DNA from: Candidatus Kaiserbacteria bacterium
GTDB lineage: Bacteria; Patescibacteriota; Minisyncoccia; Phycocordibacterales; Phycocordibacteraceae
Assembly (NCBI GenBank): GCA_029288865.1
Contig: JARIGM010000035.1
Location: 26,258-90,257 of the forward strand
Reading direction: 5' to 3'
Length of the DNA stretch: 64,000 bases
The position numbers were made by a program, and so were the translations under genes. The notes beneath the pieces were generated by a model that saw only the letters and a program-made list of their open reading frames with translations, made no database searches and was not told the DNA's origin. Shown here in pieces: positions 10,094 to 19,967 of this stretch (positions within the stretch are counted from its first letter, which is position 1; every line of letters starts with the position of its first letter).

Positions 10094-10693
10094 ATGGCAC
10101 AGCAGTCTAAAATCGAAGCGCTTCCTATAGTCCAATCCGGTGACCCCGTCCTCCGCGAGGTCGCATTGCCCGTGCCGCCATCCATGTTCGGAACTCCCGA
10201 ACTCCGCACCATCATCTCCCAGATGGAAGCTTCACTTGATAAGGAACTCGATGGCGTGGCGCTTGCTGCTCCACAGATGGGCATCTCGCTCCGCATCTTT
10301 ATCGTCCGATACGATCGCACCAAACCACCCGAAGAAGATGCGAACGGTCGCACGATTGAGCGGCCGGCTGAAGTCGGCGTTTTCATAAATCCACAGTTCG
10401 TGAACAGTTCTCGCCGACGTCTCGAGATGGACGAAGGCTGTCTCTCAGTGCGCGGCCTGTATGGCACGACGTATCGCCATGAACGCGCCACGGTCCGTGC
10501 TTATGATGTCGAAGGGCGCGTCTTCGAACGCGGCGGCGGCGGACTCATCGCGCAGATATATCAGCACGAGACCGATCATCTCCAAGGCATCCTGTTCATA
10601 GACCACGCAGAAAATATCGTGGAAGTGCGTCGCAAGGAAAATAACCAACTCGAAGAAGTTCCCGTAGAGCTCGTCGAGGAAGACGCTGCTTAA
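10094..10693 (+). CDS. def: Peptide deformylase
   Basis: GVALAAPQMG, EGCLS, QHETDHLQG. Confidence 0.96.
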   Translation: MAQQSKIEALPIVQSGDPVLREVALPVPPSMFGTPELRTIISQMEASLDKELDGVALAAPQMGISLRIFIVRYDRTKPPEEDANGRTIERPAEVGVFINPQFVNSSRRRLEMDEGCLSVRGLYGTTYRHERATVRAYDVEGRVFERGGGGLIAQIYQHETDHLQGILFIDHAENIVEVRRKENNQLEEVPVELVEEDAA

Positions 10694-10698
10694 ATACC

Positions 10699-11562
10699 AT
10701 GGCTACGCCTATCTCATTCGTTTTCTTCGGCACGCCACGCTTCGCAGCGAAGGCGCTGGATCAGTTCGTAGCAGCAGGGCTTGTGCCCGAGATCATCGTA
10801 ACGGCACCAGACAAGCCAGCGGGCCGAGGCCTCACCCTCACGCCTCCAGCCGTAAAAGAATGGGCCATCGCGCACGACATTCCCTATATCCAACCGGCTT
10901 CGCTCAAGGAAATTCCTTCTGAGCTCACCGCAAAAAAGTTTGACGTATTCGTGGTCGCTGCATACGGCAAGATCCTCCGCTCTGACGTGCTCTCCCTCCC
11001 GACGCACGGCTGCGTGAATCTGCACCCATCATTGCTTCCTCGCTTCCGCGGAGCATCGCCGATCGAGAGCCAGATTCTTGCAGACGAGAAACCGGTCGGT
11101 GTATCGGTCATGCTCATGGACGAAAAGATGGATGAGGGCCCGATACTCGCGCAGATGCCGCTCACGATCGCGAACTGGCCGATCAGCCGCGAGATCCTCA
11201 CCGAACTCCTCGCCATCCAAAACGGTAAGCTCGCAGCCGATGTATTGCCGAAATACCTGAGCGGCGAGATCATGCCTGTACCGCAAGATCACTCCCTTGC
11301 TACCTATACCAAAAAGATCAGCAAAGCGGATGGCGAACTCGATCTCGCCGCGCCTGCATACCAGAACTATCTCAAATACCTTGCCTACGATGGTTGGCCA
11401 GGTACATTCTTTTTTGTACAGAAAAATGGCGCACCAATGCGAGTGAAGATCACACAGGCCACATATGCGAATGACACGTTCGAGATTGAACGTGTCATTC
11501 CAGAAGGAAAACCCGAACAGCTAGCTCGCGAGTTCTTCAAATCCACGGGCCAAGTCCTTTAG
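10699..11562 (+). CDS. fmt: Methionyl-tRNA formyltransferase
   Basis: FFGTPRFA, PDKPAGRG, NLHPSLLPRFRGASP, MDEGP. Confidence 0.96.
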   Translation: MATPISFVFFGTPRFAAKALDQFVAAGLVPEIIVTAPDKPAGRGLTLTPPAVKEWAIAHDIPYIQPASLKEIPSELTAKKFDVFVVAAYGKILRSDVLSLPTHGCVNLHPSLLPRFRGASPIESQILADEKPVGVSVMLMDEKMDEGPILAQMPLTIANWPISREILTELLAIQNGKLAADVLPKYLSGEIMPVPQDHSLATYTKKISKADGELDLAAPAYQNYLKYLAYDGWPGTFFFVQKNGAPMRVKITQATYANDTFEIERVIPEGKPEQLAREFFKSTGQVL

Positions 11563-11907
11563 CACAGCACCACCTTTCACCATCATGGTGCGGTGATACT
11601 GTTTGGACTTTCTCAGTTCGTTTTCCAGTTCACTTATGGACGCGCCGAGAGCCGTTTCGGGCTTCTCACCGGTCGATGTGGCGTGGAAGCGCTTGCCGTC
11701 ACAGTCGAGGTTGATCTGGACTCGCCAGACATTCCCCTGCTGATGAGCTTCGCTCACCTTCCCCAACTCCACATATACTTTCGCAACGCTCTTCCGATGT
11801 TCAAGATATTTCTTCAGGCTGTTCAGCTTTTTCGTTGCTATTGCGGTGACTTTCGTCGTTACTTCTTGCGCGTCGCTTTTTCGTGATGTCGTAAAATATA
11901 TCTCCAT
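11521..11907 (-). CDS. HPF/RaiA ribosome-associated hibernation factor, short form
   Basis: KKLNSLKKYL, VYVELGK..HQQG..WRVQINL, ELENELRK pattern of the S30AE domain. Confidence 0.7.
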   Translation of the reverse strand: MEIYFTTSRKSDAQEVTTKVTAIATKKLNSLKKYLEHRKSVAKVYVELGKVSEAHQQGNVWRVQINLDCDGKRFHATSTGEKPETALGASISELENELRKSKQYHRTMMVKGGAVLKDLARGFEELAS

Positions 11908-11963
11908 ACGAAGCAACAAATATTATGCACGATTTGCACTATGACACATACAAGTTAAAGGAT

Positions 11964-12374
11964 TCATGAAGACGACTTCAGGAACCGTTCACCTTGATAT
12001 CCGGGCTTTTTTACGGGCTTAAGCCATCCTTCTTCCTCCCCTTCTGCACTGCCCACGAGCAGTCGCCGGTACAGGGCTGCTGAGGCTTCATCATAGAGCG
12101 GCGTGTAGTGAACAAAATATCGTTCAGCGCCATCGGCTGCTTTTTCGCGAGTGACCATTTGTATGCGATAAGCGTTATATTGCCCCTTCGCGTTGGGACG
12201 GAAATGGTACACGGTGCCACGCGGCACTGCTGCAAGCAATGTGCGATGCGCTTCTTCAGCATCAGGGCCGCCCGCAAGCGCTACCCGCTCGAGTGCCAGA
12301 TATCCCGCATGGAGCTCAGAAAGCCGAGCGAACTCTTCGTCCGAGCACGATACGATACGCAGGACGGATGGCAT
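11964..12374 (-). CDS. Hypothetical protein
   Basis: Fills the gap between genes; TATACT 6 nt upstream of ATG. Confidence 0.65.
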   Translation of the reverse strand: MPSVLRIVSCSDEEFARLSELHAGYLALERVALAGGPDAEEAHRTLLAAVPRGTVYHFRPNAKGQYNAYRIQMVTREKAADGAERYFVHYTPLYDEASAALYRRLLVGSAEGEEEGWLKPVKKPGYQGERFLKSSS

Positions 12375-12395
12375 AGGTACAGTATACTCCTCGCC

Positions 12396-12875
12396 TTATG
12401 CTTTGCGTACTTTCTGGTATTCGTTCCAAGTAAGCCAGAGCGTTACGAGATCGAAAAGCGTAATGAGGATGGTTGGAATCGCATGCGTGCGATAAATATC
12501 GATACATTGCGTGAGTATGAAGATGCCAACCACGATCATGAGGCCGACATACGCCCACAGCCGGTTCCGGAAGAGTTCCCAGACCAGTACGAGCTGGATG
12601 AGTCCGCGGAATGCGAGATACGCGCCGATGATGAGCTGATTGCTCGCGATAAGCCAGTGCAGGCTTGTGATGAATACTTGCACAAGCGAATCGTCGAGAC
12701 TGCCATCGATATCTAACTGGCTCACAGTAAGGGCAAGGTGGAGAATGAATGCGTTCGGAATAAGTGCAATGAATATGCCAGCCAACACTTCAGCGAACGC
12801 GCCAAGCGCTCGGATGACGAGGCTGATGCGGAAAAGTTCGTATACGGTGCGACTTGTCCCACGGGGTTGTTCCAT
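12396..12875 (-). CDS. DUF2127-like membrane protein
   Basis: LFRISLVIRAL...EVLAG, YLAFRGLIQLVLV, FDL..LWLTWNEY; about 4 TM segments. Confidence 0.75.
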   Translation of the reverse strand: MEQPRGTSRTVYELFRISLVIRALGAFAEVLAGIFIALIPNAFILHLALTVSQLDIDGSLDDSLVQVFITSLHWLIASNQLIIGAYLAFRGLIQLVLVWELFRNRLWAYVGLMIVVGIFILTQCIDIYRTHAIPTILITLFDLVTLWLTWNEYQKVRKA

Positions 12876-12975
12876 CGTGGCATTTTCGCACACTTCCGGT
12901 ACTGAGGCGAGGAACTAGACATTAGTTATAAGAAAAGCCCCGGATCGAAATCCAGGGCTTCAGTTGCTGGTCATG

Positions 12976-13224
12976 TTAGAACCCTTCGCGCGTCCACCCT
13001 TCTTTTTCACTAAGAAGGTCGATATCAAGCGCATCGGTATGCACTCCGACCTCGGGAATACTGTCCGGATCGAAGGGATCGAACCCGACCCAATCGATGA
13101 GGTAGTAGTCACCATAGATGAGCAGGTTCTCACCCAGATGAGGTCGCCATTCCCGTTCGACAATTCGCGAGAGAGAACGACCGCCACCATGCTCGATAAC
13201 TGAAACTTTGTACTTAGAAGACAT
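12976..13224 (-). CDS. Small ORFan protein, 82 aa
   Basis: GGGAGG SD before ATG 13224, TTGACA promoter near 13277, downstream hairpin at 12934-12961. Confidence 0.7.
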   Translation of the reverse strand: MSSKYKVSVIEHGGGRSLSRIVEREWRPHLGENLLIYGDYYLIDWVGFDPFDPDSIPEVGVHTDALDIDLLSEKEGWTREGF

Positions 13225-13282
13225 TGAAACCTCCCGTTTGGCTGAAGTGTATAATAGATGAAAATATCTATTTGTCAAATAA

Positions 13283-14716
13283 CTACAAACTCCCGGAGTG
13301 AGCTGTTTCCAAGGACTCGGGCTCCCGAAGACCAGTGGCAGCAAGCAGTACGGCAATTGCAGCAGATAAAGCGGCAACGAGAAAGGCTGCATGGTATCCA
13401 TTCGCGAGTGCGGCGAGATGATCGTGTCCTGTAGTGACCGCTTGCATCGTACGAGAAGCAGCAAGACTCGCGAGGATGGCAAGACCAAGCGCGCCACCCA
13501 TCATGAATGACGTGTTCACGATACCCGATGCTATGCCCGACTCATGCGGAGCGACATCGCTCATCGCAGCGAGCAAGACCGGATTCAACGCGATACCCGC
13601 GCCAATACCCAAGAGGATCATCGCTGGAAGAATATCGAGTATGAAGTGCGCGTCTACCGGTGCTCGCGCGAGCAACAAGAAGCCAAGCGTCGCGAGCGTC
13701 AGCCCGACAGCGAGCGGTCGCTTGATACCGAATCGCGTAACGAGCTTCGCAGAGATGCTAAACGAAAGCACAGCCATGACGAGGTTTGCGGGAAGGAATG
13801 CGAATCCAACCTGGAGCGGACTATACCCAAGGACCAACTGCAGATACAGCGCAGAAAGGAAAAACCATGCAAACATCGCCGCAGCCCAGAGCATGCCAAT
13901 CACATTCGCAGTTGCGAGATTGCGGAGCTTGAAAAGGTCGAGGGGGATGAGCGGCGACGGCACGCGCATCTCGATCGCGAGAAACGCTCCGAGCAATACG
14001 AATGCAGCTGCCAAAAGTCCGAGTGTCTGAAGTGACATCCACCCTGTAGCGTTGCCGTTCACGATCGCATATACCGCGAGCATGAGGGACGACGTGATCG
14101 TCACTGCGCCGAAGATATCAAGATGCACGGTCTCTGGTCGGATATGCGCGGACGGCAAGAGTCGGAGTGCAAGAATGAACACAGCGATCCCGATCGGCAG
14201 ATTCACGAGGAAGATCCAATGCCAGTTTAGAAAACCCGTGAGGAGGCCGCCGAGCAATACGCCAATGCTTCCGCCACCAGCACCTACAAATCCGAAGTAC
14301 CCCATCGCTTTCGCGCGCTCAGCCGGTTCCGTGAACAGATTCATCATGAGTGAGAGCGAGACAGCAGAGACGATTGCCCCGCCGAATCCTTGGACTGCTC
14401 GAGCAGCGATGAGCAAGAATTGCGTCGTCGAGATTCCGCACACGACAGACGCAAGCGTGAAGAGCACCAGCCCGATCAAGAAAAGCCGGCGATGTCCGTA
14501 CAGGTCGCCCAACCTTCCCCCGAGCAACAAAAAGCCGCCGAAGGTGAGCACGTACGCATTCACCACCCATGCGAGGGATGACTCCGAAAAGCCGAGACTC
14601 GTGCGAATCGAGGGCAATGCCACGTTCACGATGGTCGTGTCGAGCACGATCATCAACGTTCCCAAGCAGAGAGTAATGAGGGCGAGCCAGCGCCCTGAGC
14701 GTGTAATGTCTGTCAT
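13283..14716 (-). CDS. MFS DHA2 (EmrB/QacA-type) efflux transporter
   Basis: LDTTIVNVALPSI, GGRLGDLYGHRR, WHWIFLVNLPIG; start set at MTDIT. Confidence 0.92.
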   Translation of the reverse strand: MTDITRSGRWLALITLCLGTLMIVLDTTIVNVALPSIRTSLGFSESSLAWVVNAYVLTFGGFLLLGGRLGDLYGHRRLFLIGLVLFTLASVVCGISTTQFLLIAARAVQGFGGAIVSAVSLSLMMNLFTEPAERAKAMGYFGFVGAGGGSIGVLLGGLLTGFLNWHWIFLVNLPIGIAVFILALRLLPSAHIRPETVHLDIFGAVTITSSLMLAVYAIVNGNATGWMSLQTLGLLAAAFVLLGAFLAIEMRVPSPLIPLDLFKLRNLATANVIGMLWAAAMFAWFFLSALYLQLVLGYSPLQVGFAFLPANLVMAVLSFSISAKLVTRFGIKRPLAVGLTLATLGFLLLARAPVDAHFILDILPAMILLGIGAGIALNPVLLAAMSDVAPHESGIASGIVNTSFMMGGALGLAILASLAASRTMQAVTTGHDHLAALANGYHAAFLVAALSAAIAVLLAATGLREPESLETAHSGSL

Positions 14717-14724
14717 AGGCAAAT

Positions 14725-15150
14725 TTACGAAGCGGAAAACTCGACCGTCCACTCGATGCCGTATTTGTCGCGGAACATGCCAAAGTATGTGCCCCACGGA
14801 CTGTCGCTCATCGGCATTTCGGTAGAACCTCCCGCCGAGAGGCCATTGAATATACGCTCTGCCTCTTCCCTGCTCTCCGCGGTGACAGCGATCTTGCTGC
14901 GATTCTCGTTCTCGCTCACCGTGCCCATGAACGACGGCACATCGTTCGCCATCAGGACGTTATTCGTGCCGATTGGCAATTCGATAAGCATGATTTTCTT
15001 GCCTTCCGCCTCTGAGACGTGAACTCCAGAACCTGCGAGGTCTTTGAAACGGATTATCTTCGTAAACTCGCCACCGAACACTGACTTATAAAATGTAAAT
15101 GCTTCTTCGGCGTTGCCGTTAAAGTTGATCCAGGGATTTATCGTAGCCAT
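14725..15150 (-). CDS. VOC/PhnB-like protein
   Basis: INPWINFNGNAEEAFTFYKSVFGG, FRDKYGIEW. Confidence 0.88.
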   Translation of the reverse strand: MATINPWINFNGNAEEAFTFYKSVFGGEFTKIIRFKDLAGSGVHVSEAEGKKIMLIELPIGTNNVLMANDVPSFMGTVSENENRSKIAVTAESREEAERIFNGLSAGGSTEMPMSDSPWGTYFGMFRDKYGIEWTVEFSAS

Positions 15151-15211
15151 GCCATCACTATATCAGGAACGGCAGGACAATGAGAATCGGAGGTTCCGTA
15201 CACAATAACGC

Positions 15212-15910
15212 TTAGCTGCTCGCGCGTATCGCGTTGAAGGATTGCCATGAGGTGCGAAGAATCACGAGCGTCATGCCGAGGCCGATGAGCGGATCGGCGA
15301 TCGGAAATCCCCACGCGACGAATGCCGCACTCGCGATTACCGATAGGCTCACGAGCCCATCCGCGCGGGCGTGCATGCCATCGGCAGTGAGTGCAGGACT
15401 CCCGAGATGCCTCCCGCCCCGCAAGCGAATGATCGCTGCAATCTCATTTCCCGCGAATCCGATGAGTCCCGCAATGGTCAACCCGACAAGGTTCGTGACT
15501 GGCTGCGGATGCAAAAGGCGAGCCAGCGCTTCAACTCCCACGAGAATTGCGCTCAGGAGGATGATGGCCGTCACGAAATATCCAGATGCCCGTTCTGCCT
15601 TTCGGCTGCGAAGCAGGAATGCAGCACCGAGCGGAATCGCCGTCAACGCATCGCCGAAGTTGTGGATGAGGTCGGCCAGGAGCGAAAGCGAGTTCGTGCT
15701 GAAGAAAACGTATGCCTGCAGCGCTGACGCGACGATGAGGACGGCGAGGCTCCAACTCACGACTGTCACTCCCTCTCGCGAACGCGTGATGCTTTCGTCG
15801 AGAAGCCCGTGGGTGTGACCGTGCGCTTCATGCTCATGGTCGTGCTCATGTCCATGCTCGTCATGATGATGCTCATGGTCGTGGTCTTCGTGCGTGTGGT
15901 GTTCAGACAT
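15212..15910 (-). CDS. Cation diffusion facilitator with His-rich N-terminus and no C-terminal domain
   Basis: SLLADLIHNFGD, ADGMHARAD, ADPLIGL. Confidence 0.88.
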   Translation of the reverse strand: MSEHHTHEDHDHEHHHDEHGHEHDHEHEAHGHTHGLLDESITRSREGVTVVSWSLAVLIVASALQAYVFFSTNSLSLLADLIHNFGDALTAIPLGAAFLLRSRKAERASGYFVTAIILLSAILVGVEALARLLHPQPVTNLVGLTIAGLIGFAGNEIAAIIRLRGGRHLGSPALTADGMHARADGLVSLSVIASAAFVAWGFPIADPLIGLGMTLVILRTSWQSFNAIRASS

Positions 15911-15951
15911 GATGTGATCGGTAATCGGTCTAGTATATCAGGTCGCGCTTC

Positions 15952-16257
15952 CTATTTCATCGTACGTCGGCTCAGCACGAATTTCTGCGACGGGCTCGGC
16001 TTCTTATCCGTCCGGTGCGTACACCCGACCCAACAGCACGGACGGCGGATTCCCTCTTTGAGTTCTGAGACGACTCGGCGCACATGATCCGCCCGCGTGT
16101 CTGCGGTCTTCACGGAGATCGTCCAGCAGATCCATTCGTTCCGCGCGAGCGGCGTGATGTCCTCCCACACCCGTAGCGCTGCCGCATCTGATACGAGAGC
16201 TTTTCGCACGTCGGTCGGCAATGGATGCGCGACCCCGCCCGAGATCTTTGTTGCCAT
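15952..16257 (-). CDS. YdeI/OmpD-associated family protein
   Basis: WEDITPLARNEWICW, G.RRPCCW.GC.HR. Confidence 0.8.
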   Translation of the reverse strand: MATKISGGVAHPLPTDVRKALVSDAAALRVWEDITPLARNEWICWTISVKTADTRADHVRRVVSELKEGIRRPCCWVGCTHRTDKKPSPSQKFVLSRRTMK

Positions 16258-16339
16258 GCAACTAGTATACAAATAATTGACACACAAAAGAAAACCGCCC
16301 CTGCGCAGCCGAAGGGACGGTTCTTTTCTTGAAGTGCGG

Positions 16340-16717
16340 TTAATGCGCCAGACCTTGCGTGATGACGGAGTCAGGAATGAGCTGCATCGAAGCACCCGTG
16401 ATCGCCCAGCCCTTGTTCTCTGGATCCTTGCTGAAATCGCTCATGGCAGCATCGCATGCCTGCTTGAGGTTCCCCGCGATTATCCAGCTCGAGGACGATC
16501 CGTAGGTGTGATTGCCAACGATGCCGGGATTCAGAGGAGCTCTCATGAAGACGTAGTAGTAGAGCCACTTCGGATTCGGATGCTTAGAAGTGGGTGCGGG
16601 AATGCCCGACTCAGTATTGTTAATGCAATCGCGCAACCGGGTAACCGGTGCGTTTTGCGCCTGAGCGACGGACGACAACGAAACGACAGCCAGAGCTGCT
16701 AACAGAATCATGCGCAT
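16340..16717 (-). CDS. Secreted ORFan protein
   Basis: Signal peptide ending AQA, GAGGG SD, TTGACA-17-TACTTT promoter, own terminator at 16286-16330. Confidence 0.75.
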   Translation of the reverse strand: MRMILLAALAVVSLSSVAQAQNAPVTRLRDCINNTESGIPAPTSKHPNPKWLYYYVFMRAPLNPGIVGNHTYGSSSSWIIAGNLKQACDAAMSDFSKDPENKGWAITGASMQLIPDSVITQGLAH

Positions 16718-16799
16718 GATATTTCCCTCTTTTTGAATGCCCAGATATTGGGCGGACAATCCTAAATGGAAAGTACACTATTTTATATAACTTGTCAAA

Positions 16800-16849
16800 G
16801 CTTCATGGAATATGAAGTGATACTCGAACTCGTACGTAAAACGACAAAT
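16800..16849 (+). repeat. Degenerate copy (R0) of the cassette-boundary repeat
   Basis: agtgatactcgaactcgtacgtaaaacgacaaa matches the extended R2 at 23/33 positions; same context (-35 on the left, terminator on the right). Confidence 0.45.
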
Positions 16850-16898
16850 AAAAGCGCCCGGAGCTTACATGCTCCGGGCGTACTGTGCAACTACCCTA

Positions 16899-17960
16899 TT
16901 AAGAATCGAGGGTTTGTACCTGCTTATAAATGATGCGCGATATCTCCGCGATATTAGTTTCAAGGCCCTTAATGTCGTCACCAGTCCCCTCAGTCATGAT
17001 ACATAACAAGTAGGGATGCGCTGGATAATACACAATTCCACAGTTGTGTATCTCTTTACCCACTGTCGTATTGTTATTGTCTACCAGCCTGACTTCTCCA
17101 AACTTCTGTGCCACCACCACCCCATTCGGAACACCGCTGTCTATCCCTTCGGTAAAATCACTTTCGGAAAGCAGCTGCAGTGCCCGCTCTGAATCTGATC
17201 GACTTAGATACGTCGCGTTGTACAGAGCACGAAGGAATATAGAGTAATCAGAAACAGTAATAGTATCTTTGTATTGGACTGCGACGCTCGGATCAATGCC
17301 GAGATCGTTGAAGGTCGCAACGTATGCATCAATATTATTTGTATCAGTGAGGTTTTGGGCCAGAAGTTGTACGGCATTGTTGTCAGAAAAACGAATCATA
17401 TGTTCGATTAATTCTTCGACTGTATATTGCTTGCCTGGAACTAGCTGAATGGATGATTTGATCTCCTCAACGCTGTCGGTGTCCATCGTTCCTTTATAGG
17501 TAATCAATCTCGTTAAGATGGCAGGATCGGACTCTGATATTTTGTAATAGGTCATCATCAGCGGCACTTTGTTTAAGCTCGCCGGTGTATACAGCTCTTT
17601 TGGATTGATGACAAATCCGCCGGGTCTATTAATATCTCGGAAATCGACGGATGCTCTCACAAGGCCGTTCTTCTTTTGGCTGTCTATATACGTCTGAACA
17701 GCATCTTTCATACTGCTGTATTGTTGCGCATCGTCAACACCTTTAATTCCAATGAGCGGATCTATGAACTTATAACCCAAATTAGTCTTTGAAAGACTGC
17801 TCTCGCGTAATGCTGTAACTTTTGACAATGCAGCTGGGGTTAGTGCAAAAAAGACGATCATACCCGAGACTAGGGCGCCCACGACAAAAGACCCAAATGC
17901 AACAATAATAAGTTTCTGTTTGCCATTCAATTTGGTGTCCGGCAACGCGACTTTTTTCAT
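16899..17960 (-). CDS. Class A beta-lactamase-like serine hydrolase with N-terminal anchor
   Basis: PASLNK (SxxK), SDN, KFG in place of KTG, HNCGIVY. Confidence 0.85.
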   Translation of the reverse strand: MKKVALPDTKLNGKQKLIIVAFGSFVVGALVSGMIVFFALTPAALSKVTALRESSLSKTNLGYKFIDPLIGIKGVDDAQQYSSMKDAVQTYIDSQKKNGLVRASVDFRDINRPGGFVINPKELYTPASLNKVPLMMTYYKISESDPAILTRLITYKGTMDTDSVEEIKSSIQLVPGKQYTVEELIEHMIRFSDNNAVQLLAQNLTDTNNIDAYVATFNDLGIDPSVAVQYKDTITVSDYSIFLRALYNATYLSRSDSERALQLLSESDFTEGIDSGVPNGVVVAQKFGEVRLVDNNNTTVGKEIHNCGIVYYPAHPYLLCIMTEGTGDDIKGLETNIAEISRIIYKQVQTLDS

Positions 17961-18071
17961 AATACTGAGAGCTATAGTATAGCATCATGTTTAGATCTCT
18001 TCATGATTCAAATACTCAAGCGTTGTGAGTAAATTACTCTTAGTCGGGCAGCTGAGTGCTACGATTACTGC

Positions 18072-19799
18072 ATGCGCAAGAATATTCTCGGGAAAGGAAC
18101 TTTGGTGATTCTCTTATTAATATCCTATGTTTATAGCGCGCCGCACGCTTTTGCTTTTATTGGTTCCGGAAATTATCTATGGACCAAGCAAACTGCAGCT
18201 GGCGCTCGTACATGGCTCAATATCGTTTCGTCCTCTGACGGCTCCATACTCGCTGCTCCTGACCTGAACGGCTACATCTACGTCTCCACTACTACGGGAG
18301 CTACGTGGACACCCGAGACATCAGCTGGATCGCGTATATGGGCTACGATGGGCATGTCATCGAATGGTGCGGTCATGGTAGATGCCGCACAAGGCTCTGA
18401 CATCTACGTTTCCACAACCACGGGCGCCACTTGGACTGATGAGACAGGTCCGGGAGCCAAGACATGGATCGCTACCGCAGCTTCCTCGAACGGAACCGTT
18501 ATGGCGGCAGCGCCTGACAGCGGGGACATCTACGTCTCTACCACTACTGGCGCGACATGGACCGATGAGACAGGGTCCGGCAGCAGGTCATGGGAGACGG
18601 TCGCGGTTTCAGGAAACGGGTCCGTCATCGTTGGAGCTGTATGGGGTGGCGACCTCTACGTCTCCACAACCACGGGCGCTACATGGACGCATGTGACGTC
18701 GATCCCAGCTCAGGACTGGGTCAATGTCGCTATGTCTTCGGACGGCTCGCACATCGTCGCCGTTTCCTATTCTGATTCTACCTTTACCACTACCAACGGC
18801 ACGGTATGGATTTCGACCGATTCCGGTGCGACGTGGACACAGAATACAAATATTGGATTGAACGGATGGTACGTGGTAGGCGTTACGCCAGACGGGCAGG
18901 AGATTGGCCTCGGAGCAGGCAACGTGTATGGAAATATAAACCCTACCCCGCCGGCACTGGGTCACTTCTATACGTCAATGGATGGTGGCGCTCACTGGAC
19001 AGAGGAAGCACAACTCGGTCAAGATGCGTGGAACGGCGTCGCATTCTCTTCTGATGGCAAACATCTGGCGGTGGTGAGCAGCGATATATGGACTGGTATC
19101 GAGACGTACGGGTCGCTGCCTGGAGTCTTTTCTCCTCCCGTGGCGCCAACGCTTCAGGTGAGCGTGCAGAGCAGCACGTCTGCGAGCGTTCAGCTTTCAT
19201 CGCTGCAAGATAATGGCATATCCACGATCGGTTACGCCTATGCAGCAAGCGGCGTTGCGACTACTACGCGTTCATTCCCTGCCGGCGGACAGACCTCTCT
19301 CAGCGGTCCTATCATCGGACTCTCGTGCGGTACAACTTATTCGATCTGGGGATTTGCCACAAACACTCTCGGTACGACTAATAGCACTACGCAGACATTC
19401 ACTACCCAAGCGTGTGCCGACGGTCAGACGCCACAGAACAATTCCAGTACGGGATTAAATGGAGGAGCTTCGCAGGCGCCGTCGCCAACCATCAAGCTTG
19501 CCACCTCGCATCCTGCGACGGCCGCTGCAACCACTACTCCGGCCGCAACATCGACCCCTGTCTTCCCATCGAATCTCAAGAAGGGTGATAGCGGTGAAAA
19601 AGTCATCGCGCTCCAGGACTTTCTTATTCGGCTCGCAACAGGTCCGGCCGCAGCAGCACTCGCATCATCCGGAGCATCTGGATATTTCGGCACGCTCACC
19701 AAGGCGGCGCTTGTAGAATTACAGAAGACTGCCGGCATCAGCCCCGCTTCCGGATACTTCGGACCGTTCACGAGGTTGTATATACGTTCACACTTTTAG
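18072..19799 (+). CDS. Secreted BNR/Asp-box beta-propeller protein with Fn3-like and peptidoglycan-binding domains
   Basis: Signal peptide; repeated YVSTTTGATWT and STDSGATWT; C-terminal LKKGDSG..V..LQ...GYFGTLT...SGYFGPFTR. Confidence 0.85.
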   Translation: MRKNILGKGTLVILLLISYVYSAPHAFAFIGSGNYLWTKQTAAGARTWLNIVSSSDGSILAAPDLNGYIYVSTTTGATWTPETSAGSRIWATMGMSSNGAVMVDAAQGSDIYVSTTTGATWTDETGPGAKTWIATAASSNGTVMAAAPDSGDIYVSTTTGATWTDETGSGSRSWETVAVSGNGSVIVGAVWGGDLYVSTTTGATWTHVTSIPAQDWVNVAMSSDGSHIVAVSYSDSTFTTTNGTVWISTDSGATWTQNTNIGLNGWYVVGVTPDGQEIGLGAGNVYGNINPTPPALGHFYTSMDGGAHWTEEAQLGQDAWNGVAFSSDGKHLAVVSSDIWTGIETYGSLPGVFSPPVAPTLQVSVQSSTSASVQLSSLQDNGISTIGYAYAASGVATTTRSFPAGGQTSLSGPIIGLSCGTTYSIWGFATNTLGTTNSTTQTFTTQACADGQTPQNNSSTGLNGGASQAPSPTIKLATSHPATAAATTTPAATSTPVFPSNLKKGDSGEKVIALQDFLIRLATGPAAAALASSGASGYFGTLTKAALVELQKTAGISPASGYFGPFTRLYIRSHF

Positions 19800-19870
19800 C
19801 AGGCGAAAACTTATTACTGCCGCATTATCGTAAAGAAAATACTTTTTCAGAGACTCTTCCCTTTTTGAAT

Positions 19871-19898
19871 GCTCCACTGGCTAGAGGAGGTTCGAACG
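19871..19898 (+). repeat. 28-bp cassette-boundary repeat R1
   Basis: gctccactggctagaggaggttcgaacg; 1 mismatch to R3. Confidence 0.9.
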
Positions 19899-19967
19899 TG
19901 TATGTAAAAAAGAAAACCGCCCCTCCGTCGAAACGAAGGTTTGGTTTTCGTTTCGCCGAAGTAGCGG

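Noticed and set aside
12976-13497. 173-aa version of the minus-strand ORF
   Set aside because: Its N-terminal half overlaps the MFS gene; SD and promoter support the start at 13224.
15820-15910. His-rich low-complexity repeat
   Set aside because: Ordinary metal-binding tail of a CDF transporter.
18270-18700. DNA repeats of the form atctacgtctccac.ac.acgggcgc.ac.tggac
   Set aside because: Explained by BNR/Asp-box protein repeats within the CDS.
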